From Catajapyx aquilonaris (Eukaryota): a DNA stretch of 33,237 nt. Numbering within the stretch: the first letter of the stretch is position 1; each line of letters begins with the position of its first letter. The notes under the pieces were generated by a model that had not been told where the DNA came from, did not search any database, and worked only from the letters and a program-made list of their open reading frames with translations. This document shows, piece after piece, positions 21,023 to 31,579 of the stretch. The stretch lies in contig KZ539114.1 of NCBI GenBank assembly GCA_000934665.2, positions 1 through 33,237 of the forward strand, read 5' to 3'. A program made the position numbers and the translations under genes.

Positions 21023-21654
21023 CGGGGGATGCCAACAAATTACAGTTCTGTTGGCGTCACTAGTTGGCGTCAATTTTTTTTTTTTGCTGATGTACACATG
21101 GCGACATCAGGTCTCAGGAGGTTACAAGTTTCATGTGACAAATATTTGATGTTTTAAAGTCAAAACTTTGGTTATAAAATCAGGTTATCTAGTTTGAGAA
21201 TATGCATCTAATAACCAAATTGTGAATGAATCATGACAAGCCTCATGTTTTTCTTAGGGTTTGTTTGCTCGCCGACGTATGGTCCTATTAACTACGGGAC
21301 CTCACTTGTACTACGTTGACCCTGCAAACATGGTCCTGAAAGGAGAGATACCATGGAGTTCTGCACTACGGGTGGAACCCAAAAACTTCAAGATATTCTT
21401 TGTGCATACTGTAAGTATTAAAATGACCTCTGTCAAACTATCCAAAATGAGACATCATTTATTGCTCTGAATACTTGTAATGAACAAAAAGTTGAGATCA
21501 CAGGGGCAAATGACTTCTGAATATTGCTGACATGTTTCTTCATCCTCTTCAGCCAAACCGCACATACTATTTGGAAGATCCTGATGGCTATGCTCTGGAA
21601 TGGTGTGCGGCCATTGATGAAGTGAGGAAACATACCTATGGTTTAGAAACATAG
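4482..21654 (+). CDS. PDPK1: 3-phosphoinositide-dependent protein kinase 1 (AGC kinase + C-terminal PH domain); join(4482..4763,10675..10717,10790..10945,17687..17831,17899..18165,18244..18340,18416..18592,18871..19206,21258..21410,21553..21654), 1758 nt, 585 aa
   Basis: All introns are GT..AG with consistent phases. Motifs [31 protein letters not shown], activation loop [15 protein letters not shown], and PH domain [32 protein letters not shown] are diagnostic of PDK1. The start codon is less certain (in-frame TAA at 4458; alternative Met at 4575). Confidence 0.96.
5030..5240. repeat. Old dispersed repeat; related copies at about 9500-9697 (inverted), 11500-11610 and 11945-12500
   Basis: Shared degenerate blocks such as TTGCTGCAGGCAATAATTTT, GAAATTGGCAA and TTTTACAGCAATGG. 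Confidence 0.55.
5933..6316. mobile_element. Tc1/mariner-type MITE with ~138-bp TIRs
   Basis: CAG(A/G)GTGGACCAACTTCAAGTGTCG... inverted at both ends, TA TSD. Confidence 0.88.
6319..6487. mobile_element. Short pogo/Tigger-like MITE
   Basis: TA|CAGTTGAGACCAGATATAA...TTATATCCGGATTGAATTG|TA; related truncated copy at 31373. Confidence 0.7.
6860..7959 (-). mobile_element. hAT (Buster/Charlie-type) internally deleted transposon
   Basis: CAGTGGTT..CAAACT TIRs, 8-bp TSD GCCTAGGA (6852-6859, 7960-7967), decayed transposase on the - strand. Confidence 0.9.
6965..7630 (-). pseudogene. Degraded hAT-Buster transposase C-terminal region
   Basis: Fragments [38 protein letters not shown] and [31 protein letters not shown] resemble the ZBED5/Buster dimerisation region; stops and frameshifts present. 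Confidence 0.75.
8518..9113. mobile_element. piggyBac-like non-autonomous element
   Basis: TTAA|CCC left end; 22-bp inverted repeat GGTGACGTGGGCACTTTTTGTG (8527-8548 / 9057-9078); right terminus degenerate. Confidence 0.65.
10675..10717 (+). CDS. PDPK1: PDK1 coding exon 2
   Basis: tttttctttgcag|[14 protein letters not shown]|gtaagt. Confidence 0.93.
10790..10945 (+). CDS. PDPK1: PDK1 coding exon 3 (catalytic Lys, helix C)
   Basis: atttcag|[25 protein letters not shown]...[12 protein letters not shown]|gtatccttt. Confidence 0.93.
11023..11158. mobile_element. PIF/Harbinger-type MITE, 136 bp
   Basis: ~45-bp TIR GGGCCGTTTTCTCGAACAGTGGTTCAAATGTAAACC, 3-bp TSD TCA on both sides. Confidence 0.88.
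11664..11779. repeat. Small inverted-repeat element with internal GTTCCA tandem units
   Basis: GGGTAACCACT / AGTGGTTACCC ends, inner GTGTACA / TGTACAC inverted pair. Confidence 0.45.
12846..13027. repeat. ~180-bp near-perfect hairpin within the Kolobok-like element
   Basis: GTTTGAAATGCAGTTCGGTC..GTGTTACTTTTCGG / CCGAAAAGTAACAC..GACCGAACTGCATTTCAAAC. Confidence 0.85.
13045..13502. mobile_element. MITE-like insert with ~80-bp TIRs
   Basis: TGTCATTGTTAAACACATGCTAAGC... inverted at 13427-13502. Confidence 0.7.
13630..13903 (-). mobile_element. tRNA-derived SINE (family 2) with V-SINE-like central domain
   Basis: Minus strand: A box TGGCCGAGTGG, B box GTTCGATCC, core GTTCTCTCCGTATTCGCGTGGGTTTTCTCGGGGTTCTCCCGTTTCCTCCCAC, (TTA)n tail, TSD AGTTCATTTGATATAAT at 13613-13629 and 13906-13922. 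Confidence 0.88.
14381..14901. mobile_element. GC-rich unclassified MITE
   Basis: GGTGTTACAGCAT / ATGCTGTAACACC ends and inner inverted GGGGTGTTTTTG.TCCCTCTCCAGGAAGATGGAGAGG. Confidence 0.7.
14968..16733 (-). mobile_element. Chapaev3-type (CMC) deleted transposon with ~610-bp TIRs
   Basis: CAC..GTG termini, 3-bp TSD TAA, arms 14968-15573 / 16119-16733, internal transposase remnant. Confidence 0.88.
15831..16118 (-). pseudogene. Chapaev3 transposase C-terminal fragment (96 codons, one internal stop)
   Basis: [54 protein letters not shown] at 15945-15947 is probably from CGA. Confidence 0.85.
16771..16920 (+). mobile_element. Degenerate copy of SINE family 2
   Basis: CCACCTCAGAGGTCCCGAGTTTGATTCCTGGG and CAAATCCATCA match the head and body of 13630-13903. 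Confidence 0.55.
17687..17831 (+). CDS. PDPK1: PDK1 coding exon 4
   Basis: [23 protein letters not shown]...[12 protein letters not shown]; donor gtttgt at 17832. Confidence 0.93.
17899..18165 (+). CDS. PDPK1: PDK1 coding exon 5 (catalytic loop, DFG, activation loop)
   Basis: [49 protein letters not shown]; donor gtgagt. Confidence 0.95.
18244..18340 (+). CDS. PDPK1: PDK1 coding exon 6
   Basis: ttgcag|[32 protein letters not shown]|gtttgt. Confidence 0.93.
18416..18592 (+). CDS. PDPK1: PDK1 coding exon 7
   Basis: ttgcag|[31 protein letters not shown]|gtaagg. Confidence 0.93.
18871..19206 (+). CDS. PDPK1: PDK1 coding exon 8 (linker, start of PH domain)
   Basis: gatcag|[20 protein letters not shown]...[22 protein letters not shown]|gtgtgt. 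Confidence 0.9.
19242..19492. mobile_element. Sola-like MITE
   Basis: ~30-bp TIR GAGGG..TGTGGTGGAAAAAC(A/G)TGACAACCC; flanks AATT / AAAT. Confidence 0.7.
20475..21018 (+). mobile_element. tRNA-derived SINE (family 3) with internal (TC)n and (TAA)n tail
   Basis: A box TGGTGGAGTGG, B box GGTTCGAGTCC, core GGTTTCC..CCAGG..AATTCCGGGA..AGGCCACAGCTGCTTCCTTCC; 12/14 TSD TAATCATGGGATGC / TAATCGGGGGATGC. Confidence 0.8.
20787..20849. repeat. (TC)n microsatellite
   Basis: Direct reading; contains one N. Confidence 0.95.
20958..21022. repeat. (TAA)n microsatellite (SINE tail)
   Basis: Direct reading. Confidence 0.95.
21258..21410 (+). CDS. PDPK1: PDK1 coding exon 9 (PH domain)
   Basis: ttcttag|[38 protein letters not shown]|gtaagt. 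Confidence 0.95.
21553..21654 (+). CDS. PDPK1: PDK1 last coding exon
   Basis: ctcttcag|[36 protein letters not shown]. Confidence 0.93.
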   Translation, partial: PNRTYYLEDPDGYALEWCAAIDEVRKHTYGLET

Positions 21655-24296
21655 GTTATTTTAGTGTCAAAGAAATTGGGTAGAAGCAGGACATTTCGCA
21701 ATTTCAAGTTATACTGGGGATATTATATTGTGCCGGGTATGCTTTCGGGGCATGAAGTGAGTGAGCCTGATATTTAAAGTGGAACTACAGTGTAAAGTGC
21801 CCTCTAAAATATATTGTCTTTGAAGCAGGTCAAACGCCTGCATGTGCCAGTACGGTCAAAGTTCCTATCCCGCTTGTGTTCATGACTAGTCCCAATTGAG
21901 TAAGTGAAACGTACATTTTCAAATTCCATTAGGATATTTATGCAAGTTTAGTGTTGAGAAATATTCTGGACTCTTCTGTAATAATATATTTTCCATATTT
22001 TCAAATAGGTGACACAATGGCGGAGCAACCATGGTTAATTTTTTCATGCCTGATTTACCCAGTGATTAGTTGTACAGGAGGGCTTAAAGCTTTCTATGAT
22101 ATCCCCTACTAGCCTAACATTTAACAGTGTATGACTTATAACCATAAGTAAGTCCATTTTCTATATTAATGAGCACTTACCATATGTGATTCATTTTTTG
22201 ACCATTGTTGGAGTTTTGGTGCAATGAATACATATGGGTCAAGTGAAGCATTAAGTCCCCATCCAATAATTTTGATACAATTTTGAACAAATGTTGCTGT
22301 TTCGTGGAGATAAAACAGTATCCCATAGTATGGTAGACACTTTAAAGCAATAAGTCTAACGAATAATCTTCCGACTGATTTTTAAAGCAAGCCATTTCTT
22401 GCGTTATGTTTAGTTTGGTTTGGTTAGGAAGGAGCCGAAGCAACTATGCCTATCTGGCTATATTTTTTCCATATGGCAAGTATCCTGTTCATGATGCATG
22501 CTTGCCCTATCATCTTAGTTCTCTTTAACCCACTGGCAGACATGGTCCTACTGGCACTAATCCCCTTGCTTTCCTTGCATTCCTCTGTACATGAATTGGA
22601 TAAGCCTATTGTCAAGTGACCTTAAACATGCCTGTGGAAGTTTCCCTGGATTACATTCTCAATTTAATGAGAGAGAAACTTCTCATGCATGGCATAAAGT
22701 AGTAGGGCCTTTTGCCCACATAACGCTAGCAATAATTTTGATATCCAATTGCAAGGGTCTCTGTAGTGGTAGTAAAGGCATATGACACACCCTCTGTAGC
22801 CTTCCTTATATCAAGGATTCTCACCCGACAATGTCAGTTGATTATATTAAGGGTCGAGTAATGTTTGCTGTGTTTGCCATCCCACATGCATGGGACAAGA
22901 AAAACCTAAAGTCGTGCTTCTTGAGACATTGCAGATGTGAGAGAGCAAAGGAACCACATGAGGTTCTTGGGATTCCAAATTTAATTTTGAAAACTGAAGA
23001 CCAGTATGTTGTATGAAAGCAAATATTTACACTTTTTCCACATGGACGCTGAATCCTGGTATTTTGCCCTGGACATGTGAGGCCAGAGCACTCCTAGTCA
23101 GTCACTATCCCCTAGCCTATCATGACACTCAACTGCTTAGTTTCAGTGAAACTTGACCAAGGTCCAAAAATTTACAGCAACATGTGTTTCATAAATGTGA
23201 TATAATGACACATTTCTTATGCAATGCAATAATATTGTCACCCCCTTGCAATTGGTTATGGAAAAATGACTTGTGTGATGATGCAGAAGAGTATTATTAT
23301 TGTTGCATTGAATCCCTCAACATATTAGCTTCACACTTACATGCAGAGTTATCAAAAAGGTCCATAATTTAACAACCAGATGACACTATTCTTAACAGAA
23401 GGTGCTGTGGCACTTGGCTGAAAACACATTATAAGGTGCCATAGGTGCTTAACAATTAAGCACTCCTAGCAGCAAACTACTGTATGTGTTTTTTGACACG
23501 TCTGCTTACTGAAATAATGCTTTAGAAAGCAAGCATAATATTCAAACACCTCTGGGGACCCAAAAATGCCTTTTCAGCAAGTGTTCTGGCACTACACAAT
23601 GTAAACTGGTAATATTCACCTGTGGTATTTAGGAATGTGGATCTTTTCCAAGTACATTGTACATAGTGATTATTATTAAATAGCCTGTGAAAGGGGTCCG
23701 CATATTGCACATAAGGCAGATAAATTTTCAAACAAGACCTTAAATTATTACTATTGTTGTCACAAGGAATTGGTAATAGGGTTGACCTTGCTGGTGCACA
23801 TTAGCAATGGCATTTGGACCAATCACTGGCAAAAGCAATGTTCTTATGGCACTTTGGATGTTCTACTTTTTATATCATGAACAAGAAAAAGGGCCTAACT
23901 AGATGAGGAGCCAGCACTGAAACAATTATGTTCCTGAGCCAAAAGTATAAGTATCCCATTTTATTGCTTCTGCTACAAGATTTTTTAAACAAAGCTAGCT
24001 TATAGTTTTTGGGCATGGACAGTACAATGTACATAATATTTCGCAATACCATTATTTATGACAGATCATGATTTATAACCACGTCTTGACTGTTTCTGGC
24101 TAAATGCAATCCTGTTCTATATGATTTATTATTAGGATTAATTTTTCACCAAGCAGTGGAATGACTGTAAATATCAATGCTCTCCTGTGATAGAAGTCAA
24201 TGGCTGGAAATGATGCTTCTAATTAGTTTCAGTGTGACTCCCCATTCAGTTGGTGCTGGTGTAGATTAACTATCACGCTGTAGATAAACATATTAA

Positions 24297-24440
24297 CCCA
24301 TTGTTTCGTACAGCTTGCAGCGAAACTAGTTGGCTTTCTTGTTATTTCTGAGATATTTGTTATTTCTCATTTAAACGCATTGAATATTAATCTAGCGACA
24401 AAATTAAATGAATGTGTTTAACTGCCATGTAAACAATGGG
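24297..24440. mobile_element. piggyBac-like MITE, 144 bp
   Basis: TTAA|CCCATTGTTT ... AAACAATGGG|TTAA. Confidence 0.7.
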
Positions 24441-25960
24441 TTAAGAAAGGCACTTGCTTTAGAATCATGGTTTACAAGTGTAATGTGATGCAAGTGGGCC
24501 ATTATAAGTGGTGACTGATGAGGCAGGAGTCAGAATTGGGAATTAACATACTAGCATGTAACTGGCATTCACGTAGAGTACATCAGAGGCCAACTACATA
24601 TTGGTCTAGATCACTATTGGTGCTGTGGAATTTTTATTTAAATTTGTCAATTATGAATTTTCCAATGTGTCAAATCAGGCCCGGTGGGAGGCATGAAACC
24701 TCTGAATAGTCGTTACAGTCTCTCACTTATTCCAATATCCTCATGCAAGGCTGTAATTCTTTGGACAGGCCTTGAAAATTACTCAACATGCACCTAGAGT
24801 TTGCCCAACATGTCTTGTGGCCTCAGACTTATATGCTGCGCCAGTTTCATGACATTCTGTGATGAGTTAACTTCTGATTCCTCCGGCTCAGTTTTTATTT
24901 AATGTTTGGGTTTATTTAAGTGTACAAAAAAAAATCCAATCTCTATGCATAGGTTTTCGTGTCATTGACAGTATATCTATGCATTTCATTAATTTGTTGG
25001 TTATTATTCATTGTCTATGCATGATGATCACTGACAATCAGTTGATATTATGTACCGGTGTCAGAAAATTTTGGTCCCTTACATCTGATTTGAAGCAATA
25101 GGTTACCACATACGGGTATTGATTTGACAGTCAAAAAAAATTTGACAAACCTGTCGCTTCAGGCAATAATTACGTGGTAGTGAGGAAAAAGTTGGAACTG
25201 ATTAAAGGAAGTTATTTGATGAGGAATCTTGTGTTAGATTACAATATGTTGTGATCAATGGTATTCAGCTTGGAAGGCAAATTTTGGGATCAAGGGTATA
25301 TGATGGGCATGCAAAACAACGCGTTCTGTCTCAAACCTTTGAGCAGATTTTTGTGCTTCCAAGCCTAGATAAATTTCTGGAATAAAATGTTTTTAATTCA
25401 ACGACTGATGTCTGGTGTGAAAAATCACTTGGTGCACCATTAACATTACTATGCAAAAATTGACCATGATGGCAGTGTACCTATGACGATGTGATCCTGT
25501 AAGCCTCAAAATTTAATCTAGTCCATGGCCAGATGGAGCCAAGGCAGCAGGATTATGCCAATAATTGCTCTCAAATCTCTCAATTATATCAGAGGTTAGC
25601 TAACAGCAGTTATCCAAGTTCAGCCCTGAACATGTGTGAACATTTAAGACAAAAATAATGTTGAGTCACAGTTTATCCCCATTTACTTGATAATGGCTCT
25701 TCCTCCCCCTTGCAAAAGGGTCAGGGAATGGAAATTGCTATATCACAAAACAGTCACATCATACTTTATAGGGATTGTTTAACAAGGGCATCTTCTGAAC
25801 TGTCACATGCTGATTTCAAGAATGGCTCATATTCAGTTACCATCAGTATGCTGGAAAAAAACGGCTCAGTCCCCAAACTTTTCAAACATCACGCAGTAAT
25901 TTCTGCTTATGTGTTAACACAGGGGTATTCAACTAGTTTCTGACAAGGTCCAGTATTTAC

Positions 25961-26265
25961 CAAGGGGGTAGTCACTTCGGAGAGCCGGTGTACACCCTCA
26001 CTGGTGAGCCGAGGAGAGCCACAGAGAGCCGAGGAGAGCCGAAGAAAAACTACGTCATATGACGTCAATATGACGTAGTTTTTCTTCGGCTCTCCTCGGC
26101 TCTCTGCGGCTCTCTGTGGCTCTCTGCGGCTCTCCTCGGCTCTGGTGAGCCCATAAGACCGTGGGTGAGCGTGCTGGTGAGCCGGGGGAGAGCCTCAGAG
26201 AGCCGCAGAGAGCCGCAACTCAAGAGAGCCGGTGTACACTTTTTTGAGGAGTGACTACCCCCTTG
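25961..26265. mobile_element. P-element-like (or hAT) MITE, 305 bp, built of GAGAGCC repeats around a central palindrome
   Basis: 16-bp TIR CAAGGGGGTAGTCACT, perfect 8-bp TSD GTATTTAC (25953-25960, 26266-26273). Confidence 0.88.
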
Positions 26266-27329
26266 GTATTTACCTTTCCTGNCCCCCCCCGGATAAAAAT
26301 ATGTAGATTTTATATGGCACCACAGGGTTCATATTCAAAAATATAAACATGTGCAGCAAGGGTAGGAGGGCCTATCAAGACAGGGCATATTAAGACAATT
26401 TCGCCCTTTATGATGTCCTGTACAGGCGCGTAGACAGAAGAATTTCGGAGGGGGGCCCATTTCGTAAGCAAAAGGTGAACAAGCCATAAAGGGCGGGGAA
26501 CGAGCCAGCCGCAGGCGGAATTTTTTGGGGGGAAGGTGAGGAGCATAGGTGAGATGTGGGAGATTTGAATGGGTGTGTATTTGATGAAATTGGTAGCACT
26601 TTTTCCAAAAAATCATGAATTAGTAATATTAATCATGCTATTTCAAACTGTCCTGTATATTGTCGTGGTCCGCCAGTTGAATATCCCTGTGTTAACAGCA
26701 CAAAAGTGACATGTTTAGGAAAATGATGGATGTCCAGATTAATTTTCATGGAGACACCTTTCTTAAATTGCAGGTGCTCCTAGGAGACCCATGCATGGAT
26801 TCTTTTTTTATAAGCTACTCTGCACTGTCCCTTGGCAACAACTATAAACAAGAGGGCACTTAATTTTTTTAAACTAATGGTTAAAGGCAGCCAAAGAAAA
26901 ATTTGTGGGCCAAGTTTAGGGTTAATATTGTGTGAGCCTAATAAGGATACACAAGTGTGTCCGAAAACCAAAGCAAAAATCAGCCTTCATCAGATTAGAA
27001 TGTTCCCTTGTAATGCATAATATTACGCTAGGTTGATAGGATAAGAATGTTATTCTCCAATATGAGCATCCAGTTACACAATTTATTTTCTTGTACATTA
27101 TTGTTTACAATCATGGAGCTAAAATTACTAACGACAGGAAATTTCGCATTCCACCAAATTATTTTTAAGTTGATATTCAAAAGTTATCAATGGTGACAAC
27201 TGAACTACTCCATGAACTGACCCAGATGCTTCTTGTCAGAACAGTGTATGTGTTGTGGTTTTACTTTGTTTCCTCCTTTTTATTTATTATTGTGTAGAAT
27301 AGATTATTTATAGATGGCTTGTACAGTCA

Positions 27330-27335
27330 AATAAA
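27330..27335 (+). terminator. Candidate distal polyadenylation signal of PDK1 (a proximal AATAAA lies at 25381)
   Basis: AATAAA with upstream TGTA and a downstream TG/T-rich tract; coincides with the end of the CpG-poor sequence. Confidence 0.4.
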
Positions 27336-27444
27336 TCATGGGATGAAAGAATACTGTTTGTTATTACTGATGAGAAACAGTCAGTGCAAAGGAGTGGAGT
27401 ACAAAGGGAGCACTTGCTGTTCTAATGTGGACATTTTAGTTCCT

Positions 27445-28124
27445 AATGGGGAAGTAGCCTTGGTCTGGGATTTGGGATTTTTGTTCATAACTAGCTAGCC
27501 CAGGCCTGTAAACATACATTCCATCACTTCGTTGCATCAAAATGACATTACTGGATAAATTACGGCACATTTAAAAGTGCCTTCAAAATTGGCGGGAAAA
27601 ACGGGGCAGCCGGGTGGTGCCAATCGAAAGGGTACACTGAAATGCCTGGTTGACTGCGAGATATGAGGAATTTGACTTTGAATTAACCGTGGACACGACG
27701 GAAAGCATTCGCAAGGCGGCTGTAGGCCATCGAGGTGGAGAAAAGGGGCCTTCATGTGCCGAATTCGGGTGACATATAATTCCTACCAGTTGGCACCACT
27801 GTCAGCCCAGAAGCGATTTGAGCGGCCTGGAATAAATACGCGCCCCGGCCGTTATCTTGCTCACGGAATGGGACGGTTGCTAACAACAGCGAAGCATTTT
27901 ACAACAATGACGGGGCGCGTTCTATAACACCATTTTTGCGTTCATTTCACTTCGCGTGACGTCAACATTTTCTAGGCAAACAGTGATGTCACCATTTGCC
28001 TACGAAAAAACGCCAATATCTCCGGAACTGAAACTGATATCTTAAAACGGAATATGCCCAAAAAATCCAAAAAATATGGGCGAATTTATTATGTAGTTTC
28101 CAAAATGAAGGCTACTTCCCCATT
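27445..28124. mobile_element. Candidate non-autonomous DNA element
   Basis: 17-bp perfect inverted repeat AATGGGGAAGTAGCCTT at both ends; CpG-rich interior; no clear TSD. Confidence 0.55.
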
Positions 28125-29417
28125 GTAATGAAAGTGAAAGGTTAGTTTCAAACACGAAGTGCGATGATGAAAGGCATGGCCAAGTTCCCCCCCCACCCCA
28201 TCTCCCCCTTCTCTTTCCTCTTTGGCGACATCACCCCCTCTTTCCTTTCACTTTTCTCTCCACCAACGGGCAAGAACTAGCCTGTACTGGCACATTGTTT
28301 CCCCCACCAAATGCCCAAAATCCTACGTATAAAAAATGGGCTAGGCTACAGTTTATCCACACTTTAACAATGCGGTCGGGGTTGGGCGGGCGGGGGCCTC
28401 TCGATGGTTGGCAACGGTGCGTCGCAAACAATCGGGTGCCTTGATTGCTGCCAAATTCGAATGCCTTCACGGTTGCTATCGTGGTTGCTACGTCTTGGCA
28501 AACCATAGTAGCTTTTCTTGGTGGGTCGCACGTCTTGTCGGAGTGTGTTCATGACCAACTACTGACATGAACACCTGGAATTTTTTCTCGATGTGCCAAG
28601 GAGGCATGAAGGGCTTATGTCAAGTATTCGCTGAATCAATTAGGAAACAGTACCTTTGGGAGATTTTCAGGTGATTATAGGATGGAATAGCCCTTTGTGT
28701 TGGTGATGCTGTATGGCTTTTTGTTACCGCAACAGTACTGTCCATTGCTGTGGCCCTGCCAGGCACAGTACGTAGCCGTCCGTGACATTTTTAGTTTTTG
28801 CGGAGCGATAGTGGAGCTGGGCGCTTATTGTGGGTTTGTAGACGCCTACAATGCGGTCCTCATTGTGCACCGCAGGCCAACGAACGTCACTGTGGCTTTT
28901 CCAATCACGAAGTTTACCTTCACACAGTCCGTTAAATCAATGAACTATATGACGTCACGATCCACCCACTTCCACCAGGCTCTCCCCTCCAATCATGTCC
29001 ACGACTCACTCTGCAGACATACTACTGCACATGCTCAGAAAACACGGCTGGTGTTACATCATGTCATTCTTTGGGTTAACGAACTGCAGTAACCCTCATG
29101 GCGTTCAAATTTGCCACCTCCTTCATTATGACCGTGGTCCCAGCACTCATCTGATCGGTTCACATGGCAGGGGTAAGAAGACGCTGATTGTTTGCGACCC
29201 GTAGCCAGCATGTTTGGAGCCCACCCCATCACCCCAACTCCGCCACGTCGCTAGGTGTGGATAAACGGTAGACTTTCCAAAAAATGTGGGCACACTCTTC
29301 TGGCCAGGTCTTCTTTTGATATCTGACTTGTTTGAACTGTAGACCATGGTGATATCTAGGGAGATTTTCCACAATGACTCTTCTTCATCAAGAACCAACA
29401 GTCTCAAGCTTACCTCC

Positions 29418-29956
29418 TTAGACATGCTTGGTTATGTGGCTTTTGAGTGCAGGCATGTTGGCAGGAACAAAGGTGCAGCGGTGGCAACGTAGTGGTAATG
29501 CCAAGCAGGCCTTCGCTTCATTTTGAGTGATGAGCATGGCATCTGCTCCATCAAGCAGCCTTGCCACCACACCTAAAATTAATTAAACTTTTAATGCTGC
29601 CTACATTGTAGTAATCTTAAACATACGATCAGCATCCATGAAAAAATCAGTTGTGAAAGAGTTCCAATGAATACGATTCTTCAGACAAGGGGAGTTGAAG
29701 TCCTGACTTATGACATGCATGTGCAATCGGGTCATGCTTGGCAGTGCATGGAAACCCATCCTGTAAAAGAGGGCATGAATTGTTTTGCAAGGATGTTTTT
29801 CTAACAAGTAGGATACCTAATGTGGTGCTTGGGGTGCTTCTTCACCAACTCTTGAGCTTTCTTCACCATAGCTCTCACTAGTTTAAGATGTGAAGGTTGC
29901 AGGTCCAGGACGCTGGGAATGTCAGCCTTTGATAAGACCAGGTAATGAACCTCTGC
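29418..29956 (-). CDS. APTX: Aprataxin (HIT domain + C2H2 zinc finger), 5'-partial; complement(join(29418..29572,29627..29760,29817..29956))
   Basis: AEVHYLVL..., RMGFHALPSMTRLHMHVISQDFNSPCLKNRIHWNSF, LPLRCHRCTFVPANMPALKSHITKHV-stop; GT..AG introns of 56 and 54 nt with correct phases. The upstream exon (expected ..DKYPK) was not found in the window. Confidence 0.93.
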
Positions 29957-31372
29957 CTGGAAAAGATGTTAGGCTGTTATTCACTCATTCATTCCTCTCT
30001 TCATGGCATTGTCCCAAGCATGGGTTAGCCAGTGATGACGTAATGTACATAACACCTTGCCATCTCATTTGACTGGTCATGACAAACCTATGGTGACTGG
30101 TCCGGTACTTGCAAAGGCTATGATGAGTTTGATGATAATGAAAATAATGACATGAACAAACACACTCTACACATACATCCATGTAAATACACATACATCA
30201 TGTAAATAAAAATGTGGTACTTTTCCGTTTGCTGAGAGCCACTATGCATATTTTCTGGAACAATCCCACCTTTCACATTTTTATGGAGTAAACAATGTCA
30301 ACAATGACTGCATTTTGGGGAGGCGAAGGGTAAGAAGAGTTAGTTTGGTTGTTAGAAAGAAACTGGCTAAATGTGTAATTTGAGGACCCCTAGATTATAG
30401 CAGAGCCTATACAAGTACTCCTCGTTTTACGCTTTTTTTCACATTAATGCCTGATTCAAAACTACCTTTGAAAAAAAAAATCATCAGATATTTGAAAATA
30501 ATTTTAAAATAACCACAATCTACACATAAACACATCCCTGCAGTACTTCTGAATCCAAACACACTACAGTATTGGCACTTTTTTAATTTTTCGTGGTGCA
30601 TTGTGGCAGGATTTGTAGCTATTGTTGATCTCTGCACTCTCCGAAGCACTGTACCCATTGTTACAATGCACTGCGTGTACTCAGTTCATGCCAAAGAAGG
30701 GAAAGGAACCCTCAGAACCTGATGGCCCTCAACCTGGAACCTCCCATTAAACATGCGTATTAAATGCTTCAAAAATTGGGCATTACAAACAGTATTATTA
30801 TTATTGTCTGTGGGTGAATTTTGAAATTTTGGAACCTATCTCATTTACTTACATTACAATTTTGTTTCGTTTTATGCCTTTTCACTTTATGGCATGTTGC
30901 TGGAACCCAGCCTAAAACTGGGAGCACCTGTACTGGCATGTGACACTGTACGCCATACTTATCTAACTTAGGCTGGGTTGCAGCATCATGAGTTTTGAGC
31001 CAAACCCACGACGGAAAAACCTGGATGTAGGATGATGGAGGGTACAGGGTCACAGCATCCTTTAAAAATTCACCAAAACTGTCTGTGTGGTTCCTAACTA
31101 ATCTAGTTATATTTAGGGTAGGTTTAGGCACTGACAAAACACCTGCTATCCTGGGTTTTTAACGAGACTATCGATCCACTAATTATTATTCTTACCAACC
31201 ACCATGATTCGTGACATGGCCTACCACCGTGATTTGCCCATTTGCTCCGTTCACTAAACCACCTTCAATAATTTCCATTGGTTTTGTTTTGTGTTTGCCA
31301 CGGAAAATGACTGTGTAAGTCTTTACAGTGAGCAGAAAGTGTCATGCAGTGTTCTTCCTTAGAAACCGCGTA

Positions 31373-31528
31373 CAGTTGACTCCGGATATAACAGTCTCGG
31401 CTAAAACAAATTTTCAGTTATAGCAGACTCAAAATGCTGGTCCCGTCATACTTCCATAAGGCCCTGTGTATTTGGCTAGAACAGATCTTGGTTTTTATAG
31501 CAGACTGATTTCTGTGGTCTCTTGAAGT
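31373..31528. mobile_element. Truncated pogo/Tigger-like MITE related to 6319-6487
   Basis: TA|CAGTTGACTCCGGATATAACAGTCTCGGCT; shared ACTGATTT..GGTC.CTTGAAGT block; right TIR missing. Confidence 0.65.
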
Positions 31529-31579
31529 TTAACTTGAAGAACGTGTAGATTAGTTGGTGGCTTCTGTGTCATTGAAGAC

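Noticed and set aside
20615..21097. 160-aa ORF with poly-I, poly-Y and (RE)n
   Set aside because: Translation of microsatellites
28697..29092. 131-aa ORF between the genes
   Set aside because: No motif, no ATG-led gene structure and no coding-like composition that I can support
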